The translations under genes and the position numbers were made by a program. Below are positions 1-11,698 of a stretch of 64,000 nt of DNA, piece after piece. The stretch's first letter is position 1; the number at the start of each line of letters is the position of its first letter. This DNA is from Chiloscyllium plagiosum. Its lineage: Eukaryota. Under the pieces are notes generated by a model. That model worked only from the letters and a program-made list of their open reading frames with translations. It did not search any database and was not told where the DNA came from. The DNA is taken from positions 78,418,935 through 78,482,934 of the forward strand of contig NC_057718.1 of NCBI RefSeq assembly GCF_004010195.1, in the 5' to 3' direction.

Positions 1-134
1 AAGGAGTGTGAGTTTTTAATTGTATGGGAGACCCGTGCAGCTTGTGCTGTGAAACCTCAAGAGGTTTACATGGTAAATGCAACCATTACAAGCCAGAATG
101 GCCAGAAAGCCAATTTGTCAACTATTTATTCGAA
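1..134 (+). CDS. IGF2R: IGF2R (cation-independent mannose-6-phosphate receptor) internal exon, 5' part outside the window; repeat 14/15 boundary
   Basis: Frame 1 reads [44 protein letters not shown](K), matching human ...[22 protein letters not shown].... Donor GTAAGT at 135, phase 2. Confidence 0.95.
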
Positions 135-211
135 GTAAGTAATGTACATCTTGATAAGTTTTTGGTATTTTTAATTCAACTTGCATTTGTTTGTGCACAT
201 AGTTTACCAGC

Positions 212-308
212 GACAAAAAATGAAATTGCTGGAAAAGCTCAGCAGGTCTGGCAGCAGATGTGAAGATAAACCAGTTTAATGTTTCTGGTCTAGTAACCTT
301 TCCTCAGA
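212..308. mobile_element. Older family-A-related fragment; similar relics at about 1845-1935, 4230-4335, 5060-5390, 25001-25065, 33385-33550, 39050-39185 and 49600-49720
   Basis: Shared motif TGCTGGAAAAGCTCAGCAGGTCTGGCAGCA or its complement AGATGCTGCCAGACCTGCTGAGCTTTTCCA. Confidence 0.6.
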
Positions 309-592
309 GGTTTGCCATCTGTTGATATGGACAAGACCTGTTTTAACATAGTGCCTCTTTTAAAATAAGCTAACTTTTTAAAATATGAAAGATGTGCTTT
401 AAGAAAAAATGTTCTTTATCCCGATAAGCTTTTGTAAGCATTCAAATTATTGGAACAAAATGTAACACTGATATGATTAACTTTCCATGTTGATTTACCC
501 ATTGAGGGAGCTGTTTTATTTTAAATTAGTTTTGCTAATTGGCAATCATTGCTCTTTCAACATATTGCTGTCAATTCTTGCTGTCTTTACAG

Positions 593-777
593 ATTGTACA
601 AAGCTTCAGGTGATATTAGATCAAATGGTGACTCCTATATCTATGATATCCAGCTTTCTGGAATCTCGAATCCTGAAGATCTTAAGTGCCAAGACTCCAA
701 TATCTGTCAGGTCAAAACTAACCAGCACTATTTCAGATCCATTGGAATAGCTTCTAAAGCAAAATATTACCTTGAAG
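593..777 (+). CDS. IGF2R: IGF2R exon, repeat 15 N-terminal half
   Basis: Acceptor ctttacAG (591-592). Reads LYKASGDIRSNGDSYIYDIQLSGISNPEDLKCQDSNICQVKTNQHYFRSIGIASKAKYYLE, versus human LFRASGDMRTNGDNYLYEIQLS.... Donor GTAAAT at 778. Phases fit both neighbouring exons. Confidence 0.95.
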
Positions 778-1116
778 GTAAATGTGTAATATACAATAAT
801 TTTGATTTTTTTTTCCCAAAACTTGTTTCCTGAAGGCCAATTGTTCCTGTTTATTGTCAGAAATGATCTTGACATCATATAAGCAGCATCTATGTAAACT
901 TGCTGGACGTTTTTCTATTTTTATGGAAAGCTTTCAGTTTATAAAATATGCCAACTTTGCAATATTTCTGACTACATTTTGGTTCAGCACATCATCCAAT
1001 GTTGCACTGAATTCAGTGTTGCTGAGGTAGATGTAAAGCATCCAATGCACTTGAGAAAGAGCATAGAAGTTCTCCAAAGTGTCATGGCCAGTATTAGATT
1101 AGAATTTTTAAATTAA

Positions 1117-1389
1117 ATTAGATTAGATTACAATGTGGAAACAGGCCCTTCGGCCCAACAAGTCCACACCGACCCACTGAAGTGCAACCCACCCAGACCC
1201 ATTTACCCCTTCACCTAACACTCCGGGCAATTTAGCATGGGCAATTCACCTAACCTGCACGTTTTTGGATTGTGAGAGGAAACCCACGCAGACATGGAGA
1301 ATGTGCAAACTCCACACAGTCGCCTGAGGCGGGAATTGAACCCGGGTCTCTGGCGCTGTGAGGCTGCAGTGCTAATTGCTGTGCCACCG
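1117..1389 (-). mobile_element. HE1-like V-SINE
   Basis: Reverse complement of the 60648 element with an internal deletion and a (GATTA)n tail. Confidence 0.88.
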
Positions 1390-4300
1390 AGTGTGTCTCC
1401 CTCAAATGATTTAAAATAAATTTAAAGTTACTCCGCCATTGGTACATTGCTGTTTGTTGGAACATGCAGTGTGTAAGTAGATTGCTGTATTCTCTATGTT
1501 GCAAGAGTATACCCGTTATGTTGTTTTCACTTTGAGAAAAAGTAAACAGCTGAAATAGATTGCTTTATAGGAAGGAAAGGAAAGTTTAACAAAAATCAAA
1601 TACAGGACACAAACCATAAATTCAAGGAACAAAGTTGAAGGACTCATCTACCACTGTTACAAGATGACAAATAAGTTGATTAAATATTGAAAGCTACAGT
1701 CGGAAACAGAAGATATGGATGATGGGAGTGAGAAAGGGCAGTTGAGGACGAAAGAGTATTTTGCTTGTAAATGTACTTGGTTTCATGTAGTGTGTTAGGA
1801 TTAGCATTATTATTACAGCATAACTTCATTTATAAAGTTTGTTAAAGACTGCAGATCAGGAGCGAATATAAAAGTGCTGGGAAAAACAGAGGTCTGGCGG
1901 TATCTATGAAGAATGAAACAGTTAAGATTATGTGCTGAATGTTACTAAAATTGGTTTTGTAATTTTCAGGAAATTGTGGATGGTTTTCTGTACTCTGTAG
2001 ATTCTCTGCATCTAATCTCACTATATATGCACCATGCCTCAATGGCACCTCATTCGTGTTATAGTGCACTCTGCAATAGCAGAAACACTCACCACTGCCA
2101 GGCTTTGCCAGGATCTCCTGAGGTACCTGCACCTGGCACCATATGTAAAACCCAGCTACACACCAGCTTTAAGCTCTGCTAGCCAGGACCTGTCCTTTGC
2201 CCTGTATATTGTGGAAAGGGAATGAAAAAGGAAACTTCTGAGGACACAATTGGCACCAATGGCACTTTTTTTGCACGTACAAGGTCACATTCATAAACTT
2301 GTTGACATTTGACATTGATATTGCCTTCCTGGTTAACTGCCATTCTAAGTGCAGCTCCAAGAATTGAGCTGTGTAGATTACCTCTCTTTGAAAACTTTTG
2401 CTGTTTTTAGATAAAAGAAATAACAAAAATCTTCATTTACTTATGGAAAGGTCAGAGCTGAAGGTTCCTTCAGAATGCAGAGCTGTCAAAGTGTCTATTT
2501 CCTTGATACTATTTCCTCCAGGTAGGTGCTGTGCAACACTGTCACAGACACAGTATTGCACAATACTATCTCAAACCCATACCAACTGCTGGAGCAGGAC
2601 CAAGTTCAACCTTGAATTCTGGTCCACTTTTTTTCTTCCTTTTTATGCCCACTGGAGCAACAGCAGTACTGAGCATCCACACGTTTCCCACTCTCTCACC
2701 TCTTCTCTTCTCCTCTCTCTCTCTTTCTCCCCCCCCCCCACAAACTCCAGCCTTACGGTTCTCTTTTAACATCACCACGGCAATACAGCTTAGCCGTGCT
2801 GACCTTTTGTGCCACATGACCTGTACCCTAATTGAAGCCAAGATGGCTGTTACCTTTGACCACCCCTCCACCAATGTCCTCCAATGCTTTAACATCTCTT
2901 GTCCTTATAGTTGAGTTTCCCCTTTACAAATGTCCCCGCTAAATTAAGCATAAGGCCTCAAAGTCCCACAGTTGATTTTGCCAGCTTCCTTGCCACAATA
3001 GTAGCCCCGATAATGACTCCTTGACATCCATTGAGCTGACCCTTGGGTCAGGTTGCAATCCATTCCCCGTTGACTGACTAACTTTGAATGGATAGCCCTA
3101 AGTGATGTGTGACTGGACCCTTGACTGACTTTCTCTGTGAATTCCTGGACTGCTTGCATTGGACTTAAGAACAGCCACGATAAGTCAGTTCTTTAAGTGA
3201 TATGGAACCTCTGACCTAGACTTCCTCAAGCGGCTGACTGACCATGCTCAAGCTCTTGGACTCAACTTAAACAATGCCTTTGACTGTGGCTGGATCACGG
3301 CAGAGAAGAGAGTTTCCCTTGACTGAAAACTACTCCCCTGAGACTTAGACACAGCTATTTGTTTGAAATGTGCAGTGTTCTTGTGACATAAGATGCTAAT
3401 ATAGTGTAGTTATGATATTTATGTTTTTCAGTGCTGTACGGCAATGGGTCCACCCTCTTGATAGATCACTGACAGCTATGACAAGCTTGTCAGGCTTTTT
3501 GTTTGCACTAAATGGCAAAGCAAAACCGAAGTACTACATGCCTTTAAATTCAGACTAATGCAGCAAAGTGTGAAAGAGCAATGATGTGAGCATTCAAGTA
3601 GGCACAAAGTGAGTGGGTGTGTGCTAAGAGAGCAAGTTCTAAAATGAGGCCTGGTCCAATCCATGAGATAGGTACTTGTCACTGCCTGCAAACAGTCACA
3701 GCTACTGAATTGCAAGGAAAGGTGGCAGCGCACTTCAAAATGGAGTATTGAAGTAGAGAATTGCATTCTGTGTGGCTCGGAAGTATGCCATGATGTGGCT
3801 GGTGTCCAGTGCCAGTCTCTGGACAAGGAGTGTGGTTGGTCATTGCTCCTGGACCCTACCTGGAAATGTTGGCGGTCTGTTACCCATGTTGGAGGCCCAA
3901 AGGAGCAAGTAATGACCTGAGCTGCTAGGTACCTGCTGACTATCATATCAGGAATTATCACCATCTAGTTTCTAACCAGTGCAAGGGGCCAAAGGAAATT
4001 ATAATTCAATCAGATAAGCTTAGGTGATAAAAATGTGTAAATACATGCAAGTCAACCTTTTACCACTCATTAGTGCGATTCTTATCTCGCCATGCAAAAT
4101 TCTGTTGCAGAATGAACTTTTCCTCTATGTTGAGAATCTTATTTCTTAATTAGCTTTACTTTCCCCATTACCTTGCCAATGCCCATATCGTTTAGATGTT
4201 GTAAAAATTTCAATCCTTTGAGTTCAGTGTAAATCTAGGCCATAATGGAAAGGAGTCCATCTTACTGGACTCGTTATCTGTTTCTCCCTCTATGGATGCC

Positions 4301-5455
4301 ACCAGACCCACTGAGCTTTTTCAATTCTTCCTATTTTAATCTTGCATTGTCCAAAAGGAATATTCAATCTTCTCCAGGTGTTCTTCCCGTGTATGACAGA
4401 CAAAAGGTAGCGGGGGCAGGGGGCAATCAACTCAAACCCCTTTATAACTCTTTCAGCACCAATATTCAGTATGAAATATATATTTATTTCAACATTTGCT
4501 TAATTCATGTAACTTAAATTTCAATTTCAACTTTAACTCCCAATTTAACTTCACTTTACCTTACTTTAACCCACATTTAACCCTAACTCTGTAACTTTAA
4601 CTCTAGTTTGGCTTGAAACAAATACTATCCCAATTTGAGCAGAGTGGCCAAATTTGTCCTGTGTAGATCTTGGCTCATAGCTCGCTCTTCTCTGAAGATA
4701 ACTTCAGGTCCTGTGCTTTTCAATTTTTGAGTCTTGAAGACGATGACTCCTAGGCAATCTTTATTTATTCTGCTAATTTTTATTCCAGAATGTGCTCATT
4801 TTCAGAAACTTCTCTGATACTCGGTCAATAAATTGACTAAATCCTGATCACGCCATTCAACTCCAATAAATGGAGTTTGCTGGTAAGCAACTCCCACAGA
4901 TTTATACCAAGTCGTATCCAGCCACATACCACGTTCCGTAAGTCCAGCAGACCACTGGCACATCCCTTATTCGGTCAACGTAGGAAAAGACAGGCCACAG
5001 TATGTCTTGGGTGCAGTTTTAACAGAGGTCAGCGTATAACCTACTTGACCAAAGTTCCTGACATGCTTGATTGTAGCTCTTAATCAGCCTCATAGCCATT
5101 GCTCCTGCTGGCCACCTGACCACACTTCGATTTCTGGTGTCTGCAGTATTTTGATTTTATGGCAGGAAGGAGTCTGGTATCTGGAGTCTAAACAACAGTG
5201 CGACAAAACTAAATTGCTGGAAAAATACAGATCTGGCAGTATATGTGGAGAGAAAGCAGAGTGACCCTTCTCAGGTTGGACTCACTTGACTAAAAATGAT
5301 TAATTTTGCTTGCTTTCCACAGATGCTGCCAGACCTAGTTTTTTTTCTAGCAGTTTGTTTTGTTTCAATCTTAAATATCCACAGTTCTTTTTGATAAAAT
5401 ATTGGTAAATGTCTGTTCATCTGAGAAGTGCAAAGTCAAGTGTGAATTGAGGGGA

Positions 5456-6066
5456 TGATTTTATGGACCAGGTCAGACCCACTCAAAACAGTTCGGGAAG
5501 GTAGCCCAGACCTAACGTTTCTAGTTGTTTTAAGCAGGTGTAGAGTGGATATTCCAGGAGTGATGCAGATGGTCAAACCACTCAGTTTTAAACAAAACCA
5601 ATTATTTACAGATTACTGAATGAAGCATAAGCAAAAGAAAACATAATATAGAATAATTTAATCTATTCCAATTTTCTTCAGCATCCCCATATAAACACCT
5701 TGGCAAAAAGGTAAATTCAAACGCAGGTTCTTACGAGAGAGAGAGAGTTTGCAGAGATGATCAACTCGGGATCATTGGCTGAAACGTGGAACCTCTTCCA
5801 CTGCAGCTGTTTCTCTAGGCCCTTAGCTGAAAATTAAAAACCAAACTAGAAAAATCCTTGAACTGGGAGAACTGGCCACTCCCCTTTCTTTGTATAAGTT
5901 TTTTTAAAAAACCTAAAAGCTTTTTCCCTGCTTGTTGCCTTAGGCAGTAGCTGTCAGCTGTAATCAGTGATCTAATCCCAGACAAATTGGAACCTCCTGC
6001 CTTTTACAGCCCCTTTTGGAAAAAAAACCAAGGGCAATGTAACCTTGTTAAAGTAGCAGCATCACA
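5456..6066. mobile_element. Possible solo LTR interrupting a CR1 relic
   Basis: Non-coding block of about 610 bp bounded by TG...CA. The flanks (GTGAATTGAGGGGA / ATGCAAAGATGCTTCAG) join into a CR1-like sequence. Confidence 0.3.
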
Positions 6067-8746
6067 GAATGCAAAGATGCTTCAGAGGAAATTAAATAAG
6101 CTAAGTGAGTGGGGAAAGCAAGTGGGATACAATGCAAAGGGATATGAGGTTATCCACTTACTGAAAAAAGTGTCTTTTTATCAATACTGGGAAATGTTGA
6201 CTATCAAAAGGATTTGGATGTCAGTTGTGAGTCACTGAAAGTTAAACATGCAGGTACAATAAACAATTAAGAAAGCACTGGTATGTTATTGTAGTAAAGA
6301 TGGCTTACAGCAGTTGTATTGGACCTTGGTGAGACCACACCTGGAGAATTGTGAGCAGTTTTGCTCGCCATACCCTACAGAAAGGTGTACTTGCCATTGA
6401 GTGAGTGCAGCAATACTAATTCCAGGAAGGGAGTGATTGTAATATAAGGAAAGTTGTGAAACATTTGGTTAGTCTTCTAAAATCTATAAAATGGAGGTAA
6501 GGTTGTGGGAGCATACCAAATTCTTAAAGACTTTGACAGGGTTGATGCAGAATGTCTCCCCTGGCTAGGGGTGAATCCAGGGCAGTAAGGATTGTTAATC
6601 TTTGAAATTCTCTACCCTACAGGATTTTGGAATCCGTTATTGAATATGGTAATGACTGACAGATTTCTACACGCTAAAACCATCAGCTATATGGGGATAG
6701 TGCAACAAAATAATATTGAAGTAGATCAGTCATAATTTTATTGAATAGTGGAACAAACTCCCATCCTCCTGTTCCTGTTTGTGATCCTTTACCTCAACAT
6801 CTGTTGGCATGAAGTTTGATCGCATGTTTGGGTTTATGGGTTTTTTTTTTTGTCCAACTTTGTCTTGAAGTACCATAGTTTGCAAAGATGAGCACATTTC
6901 CACCATGAGCTGTTAGCTAGGAGTAAACTGAAGTATGCATTGGTGTTGTCAGTATGGTGTGGCAGAAGGTTATGCAGGGATGTAAGAAAATCTGTATCTG
7001 TGTTAAAAAAGAATTCTGACCCCTCTCTTCCCTGATGATCTATTTAGCATTTATATGCCTCGTTTCCTATGTCACGTAGTTCAGATGTTGTCGTCAATCT
7101 TCCTTTGTTTGAAAGGCTGTCCACTGTTTCTTCACAAAAACTGAATTTGTCAACTTGTCAGAGATACGTTACAAGGGAGTATACTAGTTAAAGGATGCCT
7201 GTGAAGTGTAGAATATTTTTGTTGTAAAGAGAATAAATGATTTGCAAATATGTATTCATCCCAATAAAATCCCAGAATGTCCAGAATCCATCTCGATTTA
7301 GACAAAGTCAAAAGAGGTAGTGATGTACCTGCCAATGATTTCTGAATTAGACTTCTGGGTTTATTTGTTTAAAGCTTGTGTAAGAACCACTAGGCATGTC
7401 CACCATGTGGTTAATGAACTATAGATAACTTGAATCATTTCAAATTTTAGTAAATGCAGACCAACCATAAAAATTTAAACAGGCTAGTGGTGAGCTTATT
7501 AAAATTATTCATAAGGTGCTTCCATTTTTTAAAGAAAAGGTTATGTCATTAACAAATAATCTTGATCTCAAATTTCAAGTACTGATACGGCAAGTAAATA
7601 CTTTCCTTAAGTGTCTGGACACTTTCTTTGGGCCTGTTGCTTGAGTTCATTGTTGCTAAAATGAAGAGGTTAATATGAAGTCAGACCAAAGAGCTGTAGT
7701 AGTTAGTTGAATATTTAATATTTCTTGTATTAATGGACCAGCAAGACGACAGATTTTGAGGGCAAGAAGGTTTCCACATTTGGTTTCAGCATATCACACT
7801 GGCTGACTTCCACAAAATAATAATTGGTTTGTGCTTGTTTTCATCCTCCCCAACCGAAACTCTTCTGAGGGAGCCTCTTTAAGCCTACACTTTGAAATTT
7901 CTGCACACCGGCTGTTCCTAGTCACATTTTTAAAATACTGTTCAACATTCCGAATCATTGTCTATTGATTTTGAGGAATTAAGGTTTCACACAAATAATG
8001 ATAAATTAAGCTGAATCCCTTTTGAATTTCTTTTCCCTGTCTGCTGTCCTCTCTGAATCTTGAATTCTCACCTCCATTGTCTGTTTATAAATGTCTCATT
8101 CAAGTATCTTTGTGTCTGGAAGTGTCTGTTTGCAGTTATGTCATCAAGTGACTTGTCGCAGCCATATTTGCTAAGCTTTTTGTGTCTGGTTGGTTTTTCA
8201 ACAAAAGCTTATCATGATGTCTTTATTCATGACACCTGTCAAATCTGTAATTTGTGAGGATGTTGATAACCAGTGCGCTCTATGGTTTCTTGTCTCTCTT
8301 CAGCCCAACCTGTCACATCGCAAAGTTCTTTGCCTTGCTATTTCTCTGTTACCATTTTTTCCAAGCATATACACTCCCTATAACTTTGCCCTATCATTCC
8401 TGAGAAATACACTTATGGTACATCTTTTGTTCTTATTTTCATCTTTATTAATTGCCACTGGTAGCTTAGGCACTCAATCTTCCTTTCCAACTAATTTTCT
8501 ACACTGGTCAACACTTCAACAGTGTCAATCTATTTTTAGTTTGTCAACACTGTTTTGCATAAGTGTAATTGATTACGCATCTTAAGAGTCCTGCATCTTA
8601 CCCAGTTTAACACTGCCTAAAATTTCTTTAGAAAACACTTGTTTGTTCCTTTTAACTTCAAAACTTGAACATCTAATGTGTATCCAGGATGCTTTGATTT
8701 GTTTTGCTTCCATATTGTTTTTTTTGCCTAATTTTATTTTGTAAGA

Positions 8747-9241
8747 TCATAGTCATAGTATTTACAGCGTGTAACCAGACTCTTCAGTCCAACTTATCCA
8801 TTGTGACCAGATATCCTAAATTAATGTAGTCCCATTTGCCAGCATTTAGTCCATATCCCTCAACCCTTTTGATTCATATATCCATCCGGATGCCTTTTTA
8901 AATGTTGTAATTGTACCAATTTCCTCTGGCAGCTCATTACGTACACTCACCACCTTCCATGAAAAAGTTGTCCCTTAGGTCCCTTTTAAATCTTCCTCCT
9001 CTCACTTTAAATCTATGCACACTATTTTTGAACACCTCCATCCCAAGGAAAAGGCCATGTCTATTTACCCTATCCATGACCCTCATGATTTTATAAATCT
9101 CTAAGGTCACCCCTCAGCCTACGACTCTCCAGGGAATATAGCTCCAGTCTATTCAGCCTCCCTATAGCTCAAGCCCTCTGAAGCTGGCAACATCCTTGTA
9201 AATCTTTTCTGAACTCTTTCAAGTTTCACAACACCCTTCTT
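8747..9241 (-). mobile_element. CR1 LINE 3' fragment
   Basis: Collinear with the CR1 3' ends at 10775, 34946 and 47628. Confidence 0.85.
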
Positions 9242-10518
9242 ATCATCTTGGTTAATGATTCACAATGGCTGCTATGTTGTAACTTTCAATTCATTTGTCA
9301 ACTTGTCTGACATTGGGACAGGAGTAAGCCCTCAGCCTGTCATACCTGCTCCACCATTCAATATGATTGTGGCTGATTGAACACTTTGCCTTTTACTCAA
9401 GTCTTCACTTAACAGCCCTTAACACCACTGGTATTCAAAAATCTTATCAATCTCTATCGTAGCCATACTCGGACTGAATTTCCGTAGCCATCTGATAAAG
9501 CATCCCAAAGGTTTACAACTCTCTGGGAAGAGTAATTTCTCCTCTTAGACTTAAGTGGTGCCACATTATTTTTATTTGTGCACCCTCATTCTAGACTCCC
9601 CAGGCAGCGGGACACATCTTGCCTGCATTTAGACAGCTGATGCAAATTGGGGATAAGGTGGTTCAGGTATAACATGCATTTTGTCAATGCGAATTGACTA
9701 AACACAATTGAAAAATTTGTGGACACTGCTTGGATAATGTGAACTTTCTACGGAATGGTATAGTGATTTTTAAAAAATATATATATAGTGATCTTCTAAC
9801 AGCGTGATTTTCTATAGCGCGACTTGCAGAGGAACACAACTGTAATGTTATAGCAGAACTGCCTGTATTTTCCAGAATTTTGAAGAATGAGCAATTCTCT
9901 TTTTTTAAAAACTTGTAAATTACTTAAATAGGGTAGATTTAGGCAGTGTTCTTTGTAATTGTTTCTGAATGCCTGGACCTCCACAGACTCCAAACTACAG
10001 AATTTTGGAAGATAATCACCAGTGCATCAATCTCTGGCAACTTCCTTCACTTGAGGAGGAAGGCCATCAGTTAATAAATCCCCAGATTTATTTAATTTAG
10101 CTCAATTTGTTTCTCCCATACATTTGTCTTCTGCTAATTTCTTTAACTCCTTATTCTCCCTAGCCATTTGGATCTCTCGTTCTGGGAGATTTCTGGGATG
10201 TTCCTCAGTGAAAGCCGACATTAATAAATCATTTAACTTCTACTATTTCTCTATTGCACCTTTAAGTTCTCTTGACTTTCTTTAATGGACCCGCATTCAT
10301 TTTTGGCAATTATTTCCTTTTTACATATCTAAATGTTTTTAGGTTTTTTTTTGTTACTATATTGCATTCATAATCTGTTCTCTTTCCTTTTTTGGCTTTC
10401 TGGTCCTCCTTTTTGTTGTTTTAAAATTCTCCCAACCCTCAGAATTATTGCTATTTTTAGCAACTTTGTAGGCCGCATCTTTAATCTTATGCAATCCTAA
10501 ACTTCCTTTGTTAGCCAT

Positions 10519-10718
10519 GATTCGGAGATGCCAGTGTTGGATTAGGGTGTACAAAGTTAAAAATCACACAACACCAGTTATAGTCCAACAGGTTTAAGTG
10601 GAAGCACACTAGCTTTCGGAGCGACGCTCCTTCATCACCTGATAAAGGAACGTCGCTCCGAAAGCTACTGTGCTTCCAATTAAACCTGTTGGACTATAAC
10701 TGGTGTTGTGATTTTTAA
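10519..10718. mobile_element. Family-B palindromic PLE-like element with hammerhead-like core
   Basis: Inverted arms of about 86 bp at 10551-10637 and 10640-10724. TSD CTTTGTTAGCCAT (10506-10518 and 10719-10731). Arm core is TGATGAAGGAGCGTCGCTCCGAAAGCTA. Confidence 0.85.
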
Positions 10719-10771
10719 CTTTGTTAGCCATAGTTGACAGCATATGTAGTTGCTCGAAGTCATGCAAAAAT

Positions 10772-11698
10772 TATAGAGTCTGTCATAGAGATGTACAGGG
10801 CAGAAACAGACCTTTTGGTCCAAATTGTCCATGCTGAGCAGATATCCCAACCCAATCTAATCCCACCTGCCAGCACCTGGCCCAGATCCAAACCCTTCCT
10901 ATTCATATACCCTTCCAGATGCCTTTTTAAATGTTGCAATTTTACTCTCCTCCACCACTTCCTCTGGCAGCTCATTCCATACACATACCATACTCTGCAT
11001 GAAAAAGTTGCCCTTTAGGTCTGTCTCATATCTTCCCCTCTCACCCTAAACCTATGCCCTCTAGTTCTGGATTCCTCCACCCCAGGGAAAAGACTTTGTC
11101 TATTTATCCTATCCATGCCCCTCATGATGATATAAACCTCCTAAGGTCACCCCTTAGCCGCTGACATTCGAGGGAAAACAGCCCCAGCCTGTTCAGTCTC
11201 TCCCTATAGCTCAAGTCCTCCAACCCTGGCAACATCCTTGTAAATCTTTCTGAACCCTTACAAGTTTCAGAACATCTTTCTGATAGGAAGGAGATCAGAA
11301 TTGCACACAATATTCTAAAAGTGGTCTAACCAATGTCCTGTACAGCTGCACAATGACCTCCCAACTCCTGTACTCAATATTCTGACCAATAAAGGAAAGC
11401 ATACCAAACACTGCCTTCACTATCCTACCTACCTGCGACTCCACTTTCAAGGAGCTCTGAACCTGCACTCCAAGGTCTCTTTGTTCAGCAACACTCGTCA
11501 GGATCTTGCCATTAAGCGTATAAGACTTGCTAAGGTTTGCTTTCCCAAAATGCAGCACTTCTCATTTATCTGAATTAAACTCCATCTGCCACTTCTCAGC
11601 CCATTGGTCCACCTGATTAAGATCCCGTTGTAATCTGAAGTAACCTTCTTTGCTGTCCACTACACTTCCAATTTTGGTGTCATCTGCAAACTTACTAA
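10772..11698 (-). mobile_element. CR1 LINE 3' fragment (RT C-terminus and 3' UTR)
   Basis: Minus-strand SKFADDTKIG, LHFGKAN, QRDLGVQV, LYRTLVRPLLEYCVQF and RLRGDL. Confidence 0.92.

Noticed and set aside
3640..3745. Myb/SANT-like peptide hints (CKERWQ here; WNDIA and CRSKW near 42670-42780)
   Set aside because: They are too short and not in a continuous frame, so they could be chance.
10551..10724. Classical DNA-transposon MITE or CRISPR/terminator interpretation of the palindromes
   Set aside because: TSDs vary from 7 to 17 bp, the inverted arms are asymmetric within the insert, there is no repeat-spacer array, and the context is eukaryotic.
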